This document shows, one piece after another, positions 63,103-64,000 of a stretch of DNA of 64,000 nucleotides. Location of the stretch: positions 1-64,000 of the forward strand of contig NMRA01000083.1 of the NCBI GenBank assembly GCA_002633005.1. The letters are read 5' to 3'. The DNA is from Phoronis australis (lineage: Eukaryota; Animalia; Phoronida). Within the stretch, counting starts at the first letter, position 1. Each line of letters starts with the position of its first letter. The notes under the pieces are model-generated. The model worked only from the letters and a program-made list of their open reading frames with translations, was not told where the DNA came from and did not search any database. Both the position numbers and the translations under genes were made by a program.

Positions 63103-64000
63103 CGGCAATAAATTATCAAATGAGAATGAGGACAAGTCCATAAAATTATTACATTTCAGTTGAAGTGTTTCTCTGGAACATATTTTTGCCTGCATCACTG
63201 ATGTTACAATGTACCAGAACCGTTTCAGTGTTGTGTCATTGTTTATGCATCATGTTGGCAATTGTAGTTATAGCCGAGTTTGCCCAACCTCAGGATATCG
63301 AACCGCCCTCTTGGAAAGCAGTGCTATCACTGAAGAGGCCACCCTCATTTTAAATATCACAATAATAAATAAATAAATAAATAAACCCTGATAAAACTGG
63401 TGCTAAACATTCAGCCAATGGGCAATTTCCCATCAGCGAGTGGCTAACAGAGACTCGTAAAATTCACTGGAAGCACGTTTACAACTCAACCATTAGGTTT
63501 TTGTCTATGGCTTATATGCATAGTAATGTATGTTTTGTGCATGTATGTCTTCCTCCGTATGTACCTCTCTGTAAATAATTTCTAAACATGTATTTTCTAT
63601 TTGTAAGTAGCACTTGTGCTAATGTCTCTTTTGTTGTATCTATCCACACCCTGATTTATAATATACGCTTTACCTATACCTAAACTTACCAATTCTGGGG
63701 TTTGTTGAAAAAACTAAATTGTGATTTAAGCCACTTATTGCCTGCCCTTTGATCTTGCAAGGAACTGGCAGTCTCTCAGTGGTAACTGTACATGACTAAG
63801 TGGCCACAGTATTTTACAGTCCACCCACAGGTTGTATTGGAATTTAAATAACAGTGGACTGTCATTTGTAAAATTTATTTAAGTTTAGCACAAGTGATTG
63901 TTTTCGACAATGGGACTATATACAAATATTTACACGTATACGATATAGTACAGAGCCAGGATGAGGTGGCTTATCTACCAACAGAGAGAGTACACATATG

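Noticed and set aside
63160-63353. Hydrophobic plus-strand ORF after a TTTCAG
   Set aside because: No recognisable homology or partner exons, so it cannot be distinguished from chance.

Overview
This is eukaryotic, transposon-dense genomic DNA, most likely from an invertebrate animal, not a prokaryote. It has an assembly gap at 61386-61554. Only one clear host gene segment is visible: the catalytic 3' exon of a GT10 alpha-1,3-fucosyltransferase (minus strand, ~31017-32038). Most of the rest is nested mobile elements. (1) A young BEL/Pao LTR element (1221-6726) has ~565-bp near-identical LTRs, a TTGGG target duplication, and sits in an 82-bp satellite. Its single uninterrupted ORF keeps Gag, protease and integrase but has lost RT and almost all of RNase H in frame. 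(2) There are four pieces of a TTAA-targeting Kolobok-like family whose ~300-bp inverted ends each contain an ETS-CRE motif and a THAP start. Two complete copies interrupt dead LINE RT genes. (3) Helentron/HINE-like elements carry ~150-bp tandem units, each with a co-oriented CTCF-like motif. (4) There is a decayed Tc1/mariner element, plus fragments of several LINE clades, Gypsy, Penelope, DIRS/Ngaro, ISL2EU/Harbinger and MITEs. No CRISPR array, rRNA or tRNA gene is supported. Family assignments rest on visual motif recognition; no database searches were run.
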